Shown in pieces: positions 52,339 through 61,529 of a stretch of DNA of 64,000 nt (within the stretch, counting starts at the first letter, position 1; the number at the start of each line of letters is the position of its first letter). Below the pieces are notes generated by a model, which ran no database searches, had not been told where the DNA came from, and was given only the letters and a program-made list of their open reading frames with translations. A program made the translations under genes and the position numbers. The stretch lies in NCBI GenBank assembly GCA_965203555.1, contig CBDBCY010000004.1, positions 320,001-384,000 on the forward strand. The letters run 5' to 3'. Origin of the DNA: Acidimicrobiia bacterium (GTDB lineage: Bacteria; Actinomycetota; Acidimicrobiia; Spongiisociales; ZC4RG35).

Positions 52339-52826
52339 CCGTCGCTCACCCGGAGTGGCGGGTGGGATGGGGAATAGATGCCCATCGGTTTGGGGCGGAT
52401 CCCCCGGTGCTGCTGGCCGGGGTTGAGGTTGATCTACACCGGGGGGTGGTGGCCACCTCCGACGGAGACGTCGTGGCACATGCTGTAACCGACGCGGTGC
52501 TGGGCGCCGCCGCGCTGGGAGATATCGGGACCCACTTTCCGTCGTCGGATCCCCGGTGGGAGAATGCTGACAGCATGCAGATGCTGGCTCGGGTGAAGCA
52601 GATGGCGGAGGCGGCCGGGTGGAAGCCTTCTTTCTGCGACATCACGGTGATCGCCCAATCCGTTAGGGTCGCGCCCCATCGCGGGGCGGTCCGGGAGGCC
52701 CTGGCCAGTGTGCTGGATATACGCTTGGATCAGGTATCGGTCAAGGCCACCACCACCGACAGCCTGGGTTGGCTGGGCCGCGATGAAGGTATCGCGGCGA
52801 CTGCTTCGGTCAGCTTGATCAGATGA
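52335..52826 (+). CDS. ispF: 2-C-methyl-D-erythritol 2,4-cyclodiphosphate synthase
   Basis: GIDAHRF, SDGDVVAHA, GDIGTHF, VSVKATT. Confidence 0.94.
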   Translation: MTVAHPEWRVGWGIDAHRFGADPPVLLAGVEVDLHRGVVATSDGDVVAHAVTDAVLGAAALGDIGTHFPSSDPRWENADSMQMLARVKQMAEAAGWKPSFCDITVIAQSVRVAPHRGAVREALASVLDIRLDQVSVKATTTDSLGWLGRDEGIAATASVSLIR

Positions 52827-52956
52827 ACGCCGTCTCCGCGGTCATCCCCACTACCCGTGACGATACGCCACTTCAGTCTGGCCTCCACGCAAAACCAGAC
52901 GTCGCCGGGGCCAGCGGTTCCCGACCATCCCTCCGTGACCTAACATCGACGGTGCC

Positions 52957-54381
52957 TTGAGGATTTTCGACACTCTGAAACGGGCGCCTGTCGCACTTGA
53001 ACCGGTCGCCCCACCCCGGATCGGGATGTACGTCTGCGGGCCTACCGTTCAATCGGCCCCGCATGTCGGCCATGGCCGCTCGGCGGTGGTCTTCGATCTG
53101 GTCCGGCGTTACCTGGTCTGGAAGGGGTTTTCGGTCCGTTTCGTACGCAACATAACCGATGTGGACGACAAGATCATTGCCATCGCCAACCGGGAGGGGG
53201 TCCCTCCCGAGAAGCACGCCGTGCGGATCACCGGGGAGTTCACCCGCGGCTACCGGGATCTGGGAGTGGCGGATCCCGACGTGGAGCCGAAGGCAACCGA
53301 GCACATCGCAGACATGATCGACCTCATAGAACGGCTGATAGAAAAAGGTTTGGCCTACCCACGGGACGGGGATGTGTATTTCGTGGTGCGGTCCATGCCC
53401 GGTTACGGGAAACTGTCGGGTCACAATCTCGACGATCTCGTGGCCGGCGCCCGGGTGGAGGTGTCGGAAAGCAAAGACGACCCCTTGGACTTTGCCCTGT
53501 GGAAGCAGGCCAAGCCCGGAGAACCACACTGGACTTCACCGTGGGGCGAGGGCCGACCAGGTTGGCATATCGAATGCTCAGCCATGGCGGCCCGGTATCT
53601 GGGTGAGACCTTCGATATCCACGGGGGAGGCAGCGACCTGATCTTTCCCCACCACGAGAACGAGATTGCCCAGTCGGAGAGCGCCAACGGCCGGCCGTTC
53701 GCCCGGATTTGGATGCACAACGGGATGCTCAACCTGGGCGGGGAGAAAATGTCCAAGTCGACCGGTCACCTGGTGGATCTCAACGAAGCCAACCGGAGGT
53801 TCGGAGGCCTGGCGGTCCGACTTTTCTATCTTCAGGCCCATTACCGGTCTCCCCAGGAGTTCTCTTCAGAACTGCTGGAGGACGCCCGGGCGGCGCTGGA
53901 GCGCCTGCACCGGCTCCTTCAGAAGACCTCCGACGGGCATGCGTCGTCCGATCCGGGGACAATAGCGGCCTTCAAGGAGGCCATGGATGACGACTTCGCC
54001 ACCCCCCGCGCCCTGGGGGTGCTATTCACCGCCGTGCGGCAGGCGAACCGGGAGTTGGAGCTTTCGGGGACCGGTGGCTCGAAGGCGGCGGCGGTGTGGG
54101 AGATGGCGCGGGTGTTGGGCCTGGACGACATCTCCTCCACAGGATCCGACCCGGTCGAGACAGGTAACCAACTGCGGGCCTCGGTCGCCGTCCTCGCCGC
54201 CAAAGAGGAAACCGACCGCTCTCCACACCTGGCGGTCATGATGGAGTCGCTTCTGACAAAACGTACCAACGCCCGTTCGACAGGTGATTACGCAACGGCC
54301 GATCGGATCCGGGACAGTCTCGCCGGCCTGGGGATCGTGCTGGAGGACTCCCGGGATGGCACCAGCTGGATACGGCCGTAG
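52957..54381 (+). CDS. cysS: Cysteine-tRNA ligase
   Basis: YVCGPTV, HVGH, PGWHIECSAM, FPHHENE, KMSKS. Confidence 0.96.
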   Translation: MRIFDTLKRAPVALEPVAPPRIGMYVCGPTVQSAPHVGHGRSAVVFDLVRRYLVWKGFSVRFVRNITDVDDKIIAIANREGVPPEKHAVRITGEFTRGYRDLGVADPDVEPKATEHIADMIDLIERLIEKGLAYPRDGDVYFVVRSMPGYGKLSGHNLDDLVAGARVEVSESKDDPLDFALWKQAKPGEPHWTSPWGEGRPGWHIECSAMAARYLGETFDIHGGGSDLIFPHHENEIAQSESANGRPFARIWMHNGMLNLGGEKMSKSTGHLVDLNEANRRFGGLAVRLFYLQAHYRSPQEFSSELLEDARAALERLHRLLQKTSDGHASSDPGTIAAFKEAMDDDFATPRALGVLFTAVRQANRELELSGTGGSKAAAVWEMARVLGLDDISSTGSDPVETGNQLRASVAVLAAKEETDRSPHLAVMMESLLTKRTNARSTGDYATADRIRDSLAGLGIVLEDSRDGTSWIRP

Positions 54382-55108
54382 AGTCGAAGGTATCGCGGCC
54401 GTAAAGGCGGCGCTGGCCGCCGGCCGGGTAGAGCGGCTGCAGGTGTCCCGCGGCCATTCCAATCCCCGGCTGGCCGTCCTGATCGACTTCGCCCGGGACC
54501 GGGGAGTGAATGTCAAGCAGGTGGAAAACCTTGAAGGCGTGGCCGTCACCTCCACCCCCCAGGGGGTGGTCGCCGATTGCCGACTCATCCGGCCGGTGAC
54601 CCTCTCGCAATTGGTCCTGGAGTCAGAACCGGCGTCGCTGATGGTGGTCGATCACGTAACCGATCCTCGCAACCTGGGAGCTATCGCCCGAAACGCGGTT
54701 GCCGCCGGGACGCCTCGCCTAGTCATTCCCCGTCGGAGGGGATCTCCCCTGACCCCCACAGCGTTCAAGGCGGCGGCCGGGGGCTTGGAGAGTACCCGCG
54801 TGTGCCTGGTCTCGTCGATCCCCGAAACGCTGCGCCGTCTCTCCCAGATGGGTGTCTGGACGGTAGGGCTGGCTGCTCAGGCGTCCCAGTCATTATTCGG
54901 ACTGCAGTTGTTGACCGACCCGGTCGCCATGGTGGTCGGCGCTGAGCACCGAGGACTCTCCCGGCTGGTCATCGACCGCGTCGATCAACTGGCGTCAATC
55001 CCCATGGTCCCCGGATCCGAAAGCCTCAACGCCTCGGTGGCGGCCGGGTTGGCGCTGTTCGAGTTGGCTCGGATGCGCAGGTACTTCGACAAACCTCCGC
55101 CGGATTGA
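54356..55108 (+). CDS. rlmB: 23S rRNA Gm2251 methyltransferase (TrmH/SPOUT)
   Basis: VTDPRNLGAIAR, VGAEHRGL, SLNASVA; follows cysS. Confidence 0.88.
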   Translation: MAPAGYGRRVEGIAAVKAALAAGRVERLQVSRGHSNPRLAVLIDFARDRGVNVKQVENLEGVAVTSTPQGVVADCRLIRPVTLSQLVLESEPASLMVVDHVTDPRNLGAIARNAVAAGTPRLVIPRRRGSPLTPTAFKAAAGGLESTRVCLVSSIPETLRRLSQMGVWTVGLAAQASQSLFGLQLLTDPVAMVVGAEHRGLSRLVIDRVDQLASIPMVPGSESLNASVAAGLALFELARMRRYFDKPPPD

Positions 55109-55141
55109 TCTGTGAAGTGCTACGATTCCGGTCGCAAACCC

Positions 55142-55215
55142 GCTGGCGTAGCTCAGACGGCCAGAGCAGCTGATTTGTAATCAGCAGGTCGTGGGTTCGA
55201 GTCCCACCGCCAGCT
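55142..55215 (+). tRNA. tRNA-Thr (TGT)
   Basis: GCTGGCG acceptor, GCTGA-TTTGTAA-TCAGC arm, GGTTCGAGTCC; TACGAT upstream. Confidence 0.95.
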
Positions 55216-55236
55216 CCGACGACAAGAGTAAAGAGT

Positions 55237-55602
55237 GGACATATTTACTTGGGTTGACGGTTGGGTCGCAAAGCCTGGCAAGCCGGTGTCCCGTATGTGA
55301 GGGTGGGCACCAGGCACATATCCACCGACTGCTCCGTCTGCGGGCACCGACAGCCCATGCCCCTGCGCCAGCGGGGTATTCCAGTACGGACGCTGCGGGC
55401 TGGAACTGGACAGGGATGTGAACGCCGCAAGAAAACATAGGCGCTCGAGCCTTCGGCACGGGGTCGGGAGGGACTTTCCCGACGCGCCCAGCAAACCTCC
55501 GACGCAAGACGACCACCACCCTCGGACGGTATATCGCCAACGGACATCGCAGAACAGCATCACCCGGGTAGACAACCCCCGTCAATCCAGGCATATATGT
55601 CC
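55237..55602. mobile_element. MITE-like element with 24-bp imperfect terminal inverted repeats carrying a tnpB fragment
   Basis: GGACATATTTACTTGGGTTGACGG (55237-55260) vs reverse complement of 55579-55602 GGACATATATGCCTGGATTGACGG (20/24); TAAAGA on both flanks. Confidence 0.65.
55261..55570 (+). pseudogene. tnpB: 3' fragment of TnpB (zinc ribbon + RuvC-III) with two +1 frameshifts
   Basis: KAWQAGVPYVRV..ISTDCSVCGHRQPMPLRQR|VFQYGRCGLELDRDVNAAR|NI. Confidence 0.8.
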
Positions 55603-55728
55603 CTAAAGAAAACAAAAAAGCTTCGGGTGGCGATATCCTACCGAGAGGATGCCCAAACGACTGCTACACATTATTCTTCCCGGACCACAGCACTCTGCCG
55701 CAGATGGGTTCCCACCTGAGGGCCTTGC

Positions 55729-56328
55729 ATGAGGGGTCGCCACGCCGCCCCGGGATGGTCTCCCTTCTGGCGTGACATACTGTTGCGATCCATCCTGGCT
55801 CTGCTGCTCGTCGCCATGGCAGTGTTCATCTGGTGGCTCTTCTCCGAGGATGATCTGTTCACCAACACGGTCGCCACCACTTCCGAGACGGCGCCCACCA
55901 CTTCCGAGACGGCGCCCACCACTTCCGAGGCAGCGCCCACCACCACCGCGGCGCCCACCACCACCGCCACCGACGCTGCTGCCGAAACCACCACGTCCAC
56001 CACTGCCCCGCCAACTACCACCACCAGCACCGCTCCGCCACTACTGGAACCAGCCGATCTGGTGGTCAAGGTCTACAACGCCAACGGAGTAGCCGGGATT
56101 GCGGGTAGAACCACCGCCCGTTTGGAGGAGGCGGGGTACGGAGTGGGAAGTCCGGACAATCATCCCCAGTTCCTCGATATCTCCCGGGTGTGGTACCGGG
56201 AGGGCCTCCAGCGGGAGGCCCAGCAACTCCAGGAAACACTGGTTTCCGACGCCTTGGTGGAGCCTATTCCACAGGAGCAGGAGGGGATTGACATCATGGT
56301 GATTCTGGGCCGCTCGTTCGAGGAGTGA
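55729..56328 (+). CDS. LytR C-terminal domain membrane protein with Thr-rich stalk
   Basis: TM helix, TTSETAP repeats, VKVYNANGVAGIAG..L..GY, IMVILG. Confidence 0.85.
   Translation: MRGRHAAPGWSPFWRDILLRSILALLLVAMAVFIWWLFSEDDLFTNTVATTSETAPTTSETAPTTSEAAPTTTAAPTTTATDAAAETTTSTTAPPTTTTSTAPPLLEPADLVVKVYNANGVAGIAGRTTARLEEAGYGVGSPDNHPQFLDISRVWYREGLQREAQQLQETLVSDALVEPIPQEQEGIDIMVILGRSFEE
55876..55938 (+). repeat. Coding 21-nt tandem repeat x3 (TTSETAP)
   Basis: ACCACTTCCGAGACGGCGCCC twice plus one variant copy. Confidence 0.9.
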
Positions 56329-57233
56329 TACCCACCGATCAACCCCCCGAGCAAAGAACAGGCGCCTGGCGGTTGATCGGCGCCTCTTTTGCCCTCCTGC
56401 TGCTGGGAACGGGGGTTCGGCTCGTATCTCCGGCCATCTTCTTGGACATCGCATCACTGTGGCCGGTCGTAGCGGGACTTTTGGCGGCGGGATGGGTGGT
56501 GAAGAGAATATGGTCGGACCGGCCGATCGCAGGCGCTCCTCTCATTCCCCTCTTGATCTTCTCATGGTTGGTGATCTCGGCTTCGTTCTATTTTGCAGAC
56601 CTGCCGGGCCTCCCCTCCAGCAGCCCCGACCTGCGGGGCCCACCGCCCGGTCCGAGTGACCTCAACACTTTCACGTTGGAAATGGATGAGGGACGCTTGG
56701 TCGTCGGCGAGGGAACAGGTCCGTCGGCCTACCAGGTGGCAGTTACCCGAGACGGAGGCAGGGCGGGGACCCCTGTGGCATTGGAAACTCTCAGGGAAGG
56801 CGGGGGCGCGATAAGGATTATCGATGCCAGGGCGCCACTGCCCCCCGATCTTGATCTCACCGTGACGGACAACGGTTGGCTGCGCTTCGGCGGCTGGGAA
56901 GTCGGACTGCATCCCCAAGCCACGTGGGAACTTACCTTGTCCGCCCCTGAAATCTCAGCAGAGCTGGAGACTCTCCAGATCTCGGCTCTGCAGGTGACCG
57001 GCGATGGCACGCTCAGGGTGGGGGAGGTAGCCGGCCCCGTGGAGATAGCGGTAAACGGCTCGTTCACCGTGGAAGTTCCCGAACAAACTCCGGTGGAAGT
57101 GGTGGGAGCGGCGATCGTTCCGGAGGACTGGACGGTAGAACAGGACATGGCCTGGTCGGGTGAGCGTGGGGCCGGCTGGCACATCGTGGTTGCTGAAGAA
57201 GGATCGGTCCAGATTCTCATTTTCAACGAATAA
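56325..57233 (+). CDS. Hypothetical membrane protein (three N-terminal TMs, beta-rich C-terminal domain)
   Basis: Overlaps the upstream stop; hydrophobic N-terminus with LWPVV; plausible protein composition. Confidence 0.7.
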   Translation: MIPTDQPPEQRTGAWRLIGASFALLLLGTGVRLVSPAIFLDIASLWPVVAGLLAAGWVVKRIWSDRPIAGAPLIPLLIFSWLVISASFYFADLPGLPSSSPDLRGPPPGPSDLNTFTLEMDEGRLVVGEGTGPSAYQVAVTRDGGRAGTPVALETLREGGGAIRIIDARAPLPPDLDLTVTDNGWLRFGGWEVGLHPQATWELTLSAPEISAELETLQISALQVTGDGTLRVGEVAGPVEIAVNGSFTVEVPEQTPVEVVGAAIVPEDWTVEQDMAWSGERGAGWHIVVAEEGSVQILIFNE

Positions 57234-57514
57234 CGACCTCAGCCACACACCGGAACCCCTTCTTTCTCGCGAGGACCGAAGGACTTACTGCACCAAGCCA
57301 TTGCCCGCGGTCCACCCCCACAATGCCGTCCATCGGATGCCCCGTGCGCCTTGACGATTTCTGACCTCCGAGCCGGTCGGTCGAGCCTTGGCCGGGACCG
57401 TAACTGTATCGGGCAGCATGATCAGTAAGCGGCGCCGGGAAGACGGTCGACCCGCAAGCCAGTCTTCTTTACCACCGTTACTTGGTGTCGGACCTTACCT
57501 TCGGGGACGGTTGT

Positions 57515-58297
57515 CTACTCACTGGGCAGGGGGGTTACGTAAGCGGCGGTGATACCCCCGTCCACCATGAATTCGGCACCTGTGACGAACGAGGACTCGT
57601 CCGACGCCAGCCACAACGCGGCGCGGGCCACTTCCATTGTCTCCCCGAATCTGCCCATGGGGATGTGGATCAACCGGCGTTGCCTCTTCTCCTCTGTGTC
57701 CAGGTACTGCATGAGCAATTCGGTACGCAGCGGCCCCGGGCACAGGGCGTTGACCCGGATGTTCTCCCGGGCGTGTACCACCGCCAGTTCCCTGGTCAGC
57801 GAGAGGACCGCCCCCTTGGAAGCGGTATAGGCCAACTGGGGAGTAGCCGCACCCACCTTGGCCACGAACGAGGCGGTGTTGATCACCGACCCGCCACCGG
57901 ACCGGCGAATGGCCGGAATGCCATGCTTGCATCCCAGGAACACCCCCTTGACGTTCACCGCGAAGGTGAAATCCCAGATCTCCTCGGCGGTTTCCACCGC
58001 GTCGGAGTCGTCCGGATGGCTGACGCCGGCGTTGTTGAACAGGATATGGAGTCCCCCGAATTCCGCCTCGGCGGCTTCGACCATGGCCCGGCAGTCAGTG
58101 TCGCGGGACACATCGGCCTCGACCTCCACCGCACGGCCTCCCCGTTCCTCGACGGCGGTCAGCGTCTCCGCCAAGGCCCGTGGATTGACGTCGACCCCCA
58201 CCACGGCCGCTCCCTCCGCAGCAAACAACCGGGCGGTGCGGCGGCCGATGCCTGACCCCGCCCCGGTGATGAGCGCCACTTTGCCCGCCAGTCGCAT
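57515..58297 (-). CDS. Short-chain dehydrogenase/reductase
   Basis: TGAGSGIG, NNAG, YTASK, NALCPGP. Confidence 0.94.
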   Translation of the reverse strand: MRLAGKVALITGAGSGIGRRTARLFAAEGAAVVGVDVNPRALAETLTAVEERGGRAVEVEADVSRDTDCRAMVEAAEAEFGGLHILFNNAGVSHPDDSDAVETAEEIWDFTFAVNVKGVFLGCKHGIPAIRRSGGGSVINTASFVAKVGAATPQLAYTASKGAVLSLTRELAVVHARENIRVNALCPGPLRTELLMQYLDTEEKRQRRLIHIPMGRFGETMEVARAALWLASDESSFVTGAEFMVDGGITAAYVTPLPSE

Positions 58298-58330
58298 GAG
58301 CCCGAGGTTATCCGGCTATAGTCCCAGACG

Positions 58331-59005
58331 ATGGCTATCCCCGACTTCACTCTCGACGACCAGGCCCGGCAGCCATGGCGACTTCGGGATCATCTGGATG
58401 CCGGAATCCTGTTGGTGTTCCTTCGCGGCGATTGGTGACCCTACTGCAACGGCCAGTTGGCCTGCCTGGCGCAACGCCACCAGGAGATCCTGTCCACCGG
58501 TTTCCGGGTGGCGGCGATCGACGTCGACTCGGCGGACCAGCACGCCGCCATGGTCGAAAAACTGCAACTTCCCTTCCCGATGCTGTCAGATCCCGACCGC
58601 TCGCAGGCGATAGCCCCCTACGGCTTGATCGACCACCACGATCCTCGGAGTGTGGCCCTCCCGGCCGTGGTAGCCGCGGATCCAGGGGGCGTCGAGGTCT
58701 ATCGATTCGTGGCGAGGGACTATGCCGACCGACTGCCCGAGGATGAGCTGTTGGAGATTCTCCGAGGCCGCCGACTTGGACGAACCACCCAACCGCCTCC
58801 CACGCCGGGTCAACCCCGACCTGGTCCCCGAGCGATGCCGCTTCGGGCGATGATCCCGTATTTTCGGGGAGGACGTTTCGCGGCCTTGGCCCTGGGTTTG
58901 AGACATCGTCATCTCGGTGAGGATTTCAAAGACGACTCCAAGGCGTTCGTAGCCGAAATGGACCGCTTCGTCGAAGCCGTCAAGAGCCTAAAGTCCCGCC
59001 GATAA
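58331..59005 (+). CDS. Peroxiredoxin-like (AhpC/TSA, redoxin) probable selenoprotein (UxxC; TGA 58436-58438)
   Basis: MAIPDFTLDDQ..LLVFLRGDW-TGA-PYCNGQL..IDVDS..FPMLSDP; TATAGT 8 nt before ATG; hairpin after TGA. Confidence 0.85.
58446..58465 (+). promoter_or_regulatory. Bacterial SECIS-like hairpin
   Basis: GCA-(AC bulge)-GGCC-AGTT-GGCC-TGC; G-containing loop 16 nt after TGA. Confidence 0.55.
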
Positions 59006-59036
59006 GAGACCGGCTCCTGTACTCTCAAGGGTGCTG

Positions 59037-60266
59037 ATGCCAACCATTGCCGACCGGACCAGTCTTAGTCGGATAGTGGTCACGATCTGGGGAATCATCG
59101 GTGCTCTGCTGCTGGTGGGCATCATGATATGGATGGGCCGGGAGGTGCGAATCATATGGTTGCCCCTGGTGTTTGCCACCGGGATAGTGGTGATCCTGAA
59201 TCCGTTGGTGAGCCGTTTCCACCGATGGGGGATACCACGGGTGATCGGCGCCACGATCGCCTACGTGCTGTCGCTGGCTGCTCTGGCAGGGCTTGGTGCG
59301 GCGCTCAGTGTTCCCGTGATCCAACAGATCGGAGAATTGTCCGATCGGCTCCCTGACATCTACCAGGCGCTCTATGTTCAAATCGGGGGGGTGGTCGATC
59401 GTCTGGGCCTGCCGATCAGCCTGCCGGAGGACACTGCGCAGATAGCGGAGTGGCTGCGTGACAACCTGGGCGGGCTGGCCAGCCTCTTCGGAGGGGAGGG
59501 GACCAACGGCATCGGCGGGTTCTTTCGCAGTCTCTTGGGTCTGATGGCAGAGATATTGGTGGACATTTTGCTTGCGCCGGTGCTGGCATTCTATCTACTT
59601 GTCGATCTCCCCCGACTGCGCACCCTTCTGCTGAGCCTCACACCCCCCCGACACCGGGAGGAAGTGGTTCATCTGATCGGCGCAATCACTTCCACGGTCA
59701 GCCGATTCGCTCGGGGCCAACTGCTGGTGGCCTCGATCGTGGCGGTGCTGGGAAGCCTGGTCATGTGGTCTCTGAGTCTCCCCTTCTGGCTGATCGTGGG
59801 AGTTCTCTCCGGCGTGTTGAACCTCATACCGTTCGCCGGCCCGGTAGCCGGCGCCACCTTGGCCTTTCTGACTTCCTTGCTGGTGAGCAAACCTCTTACC
59901 GGTTTGATAGCCGTCCTGCTGTTCGCCGCCATCCAGCAGTTCGACAATCATGTGGTGACTCCCATAGTGCAGAAAAGCCGGGTGAAGCTGTCGGCTTTCA
60001 CCATCGTGCTGTCCCTGGTGGTGGGCGGCTCCGTGGCGGGCTTTCTGGGAGTGCTGACCGCGGTTCCGGTGGTCGGCCTGCTCCGGTTGCTGGGCGGGCA
60101 CTTCTGGCGCACCCGGGTGCTGGACGAGGACTGGCATCAGGCCCGAGAGTCGATCATAACGCGGATCGGGCCTCCATCCCTGTGGCGTTCGGACCTGTGG
60201 CGTTCCCGCAGGTCGAAACAGCCGACCGCCGACCCTCCCACAGAAGAGGAGGATCAGGAAGAATAG
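59037..60266 (+). CDS. AI-2E (PerM) family transporter
   Basis: ILNPLV, FYLLVD, FARGQL, NLIPFAGP, QQFDNHVVTP, AVPV. Confidence 0.9.
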   Translation: MPTIADRTSLSRIVVTIWGIIGALLLVGIMIWMGREVRIIWLPLVFATGIVVILNPLVSRFHRWGIPRVIGATIAYVLSLAALAGLGAALSVPVIQQIGELSDRLPDIYQALYVQIGGVVDRLGLPISLPEDTAQIAEWLRDNLGGLASLFGGEGTNGIGGFFRSLLGLMAEILVDILLAPVLAFYLLVDLPRLRTLLLSLTPPRHREEVVHLIGAITSTVSRFARGQLLVASIVAVLGSLVMWSLSLPFWLIVGVLSGVLNLIPFAGPVAGATLAFLTSLLVSKPLTGLIAVLLFAAIQQFDNHVVTPIVQKSRVKLSAFTIVLSLVVGGSVAGFLGVLTAVPVVGLLRLLGGHFWRTRVLDEDWHQARESIITRIGPPSLWRSDLWRSRRSKQPTADPPTEEEDQEE

Positions 60267-60274
60267 GACCCGAA

Positions 60275-61462
60275 TTAGATCTGGTCGAAGCTCCGTTTCA
60301 CGAAGGTCCGGTCGAGAGAGAAGGGCGAGTCCCTCAGCCGCGAGGTGATCAGGTCGGCCAGGATGCGCCCTGCGGCAGGGGAACACATGATCCCGTGCCC
60401 CGAATAGCCGCTGTTGACCCACAGGCCCGCGACGGGCGACTGCCCGATCAGAGGACGGTGGTCGGGGGTCATCATGTACTGCCCCGAATGGACCATCCAC
60501 CAAAGTTCTCCCTGCCTCCACGCCTCACCCCAGAAGGGAGTGATCCGGGCGGCGGCCTCCGGCCGGGAGGGATCCAGCACCCCGAACACCATGTCGGAGT
60601 CGGGACGGACATCCTCTGCGGGTTCGGTTCCCGGTCCCCGGGGCGCGGCGTCCAGCACAAAGGCGCCCGACAGGGCAGGACGCCAATGGACCCCGGTGTC
60701 GTCGTCGATGGTCATCGGCGCGTCGGGCGGCACCCGCCACAGATCGGGAACCACCACTTTGTGGCGACTCATCACCTCTATCGGCAGTTCCACGCCCACC
60801 GAGGCCGCCAGTTTGCCGGTGAAAGGCCCTGCGGCTATCACCACCTGATCCGCCCGGATGGAACCCCGATTGGTTTCCAGTTCAAAGCCCCCTGAGGAGA
60901 GCTCTCGCATCGACCCCACCCGGCATGAAGTGTGCAGAGGCGCCCCGGACGCCCGCAACAAGCCCAGCGTCAGCGCCCGGGGATCGATGAAACCGTCACC
61001 CGCCCGGTAGCGGGCATGGACCACTCGCGAACTCAGAAACGGGAAGCGGCGTCGAGCCTCGTCGCCGGTGAGAGTCTCGATGTCGGTCTGCCCCCAGGAG
61101 TGTTGCAGAGCCACCAGCCGACGTTGTTCCACGGCTCGCCGCGGGGAGGTGGTGGCCCACAGGTACCCGGGTTGGCTGACCTTCAAAGGCGCTGACTCCT
61201 GGCCGGTGATCTCGGAAAAATTGAGGATCAGATTCACCGACTCTCGCACCAGTTCAGTCTCTTCCAAGTTATCGAATTGCAGGCGAAAGGCACCGGTGGA
61301 TGCGGGAGTGGTCAACGAGGCAGGGGCTGGACGAGCCTCCAGCACCACCGGGGACAATCCGGCGCGGGCAGTCCAGAAGGCGGTCGAGGCCCCCACCACC
61401 CCGGCGCCGATGATCACCAACTCCGCTCCGGCGGGAAGACCGTCGTGGACTTTGAACGCCAT
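60275..61462 (-). CDS. FAD-dependent oxidoreductase (DAO/sarcosine oxidase beta-like)
   Basis: IIGAGVVG, DGFIDP, TPDHRPLIG, GYSGHGIM. Confidence 0.92.
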   Translation of the reverse strand: MAFKVHDGLPAGAELVIIGAGVVGASTAFWTARAGLSPVVLEARPAPASLTTPASTGAFRLQFDNLEETELVRESVNLILNFSEITGQESAPLKVSQPGYLWATTSPRRAVEQRRLVALQHSWGQTDIETLTGDEARRRFPFLSSRVVHARYRAGDGFIDPRALTLGLLRASGAPLHTSCRVGSMRELSSGGFELETNRGSIRADQVVIAAGPFTGKLAASVGVELPIEVMSRHKVVVPDLWRVPPDAPMTIDDDTGVHWRPALSGAFVLDAAPRGPGTEPAEDVRPDSDMVFGVLDPSRPEAAARITPFWGEAWRQGELWWMVHSGQYMMTPDHRPLIGQSPVAGLWVNSGYSGHGIMCSPAAGRILADLITSRLRDSPFSLDRTFVKRSFDQI

Positions 61463-61529
61463 TGCCACAAAACTACTTGGGCGTTCAGCAAAGACACAAA
61501 GAGAACCTCCCTCAAGTAGCCTTGAAGCC

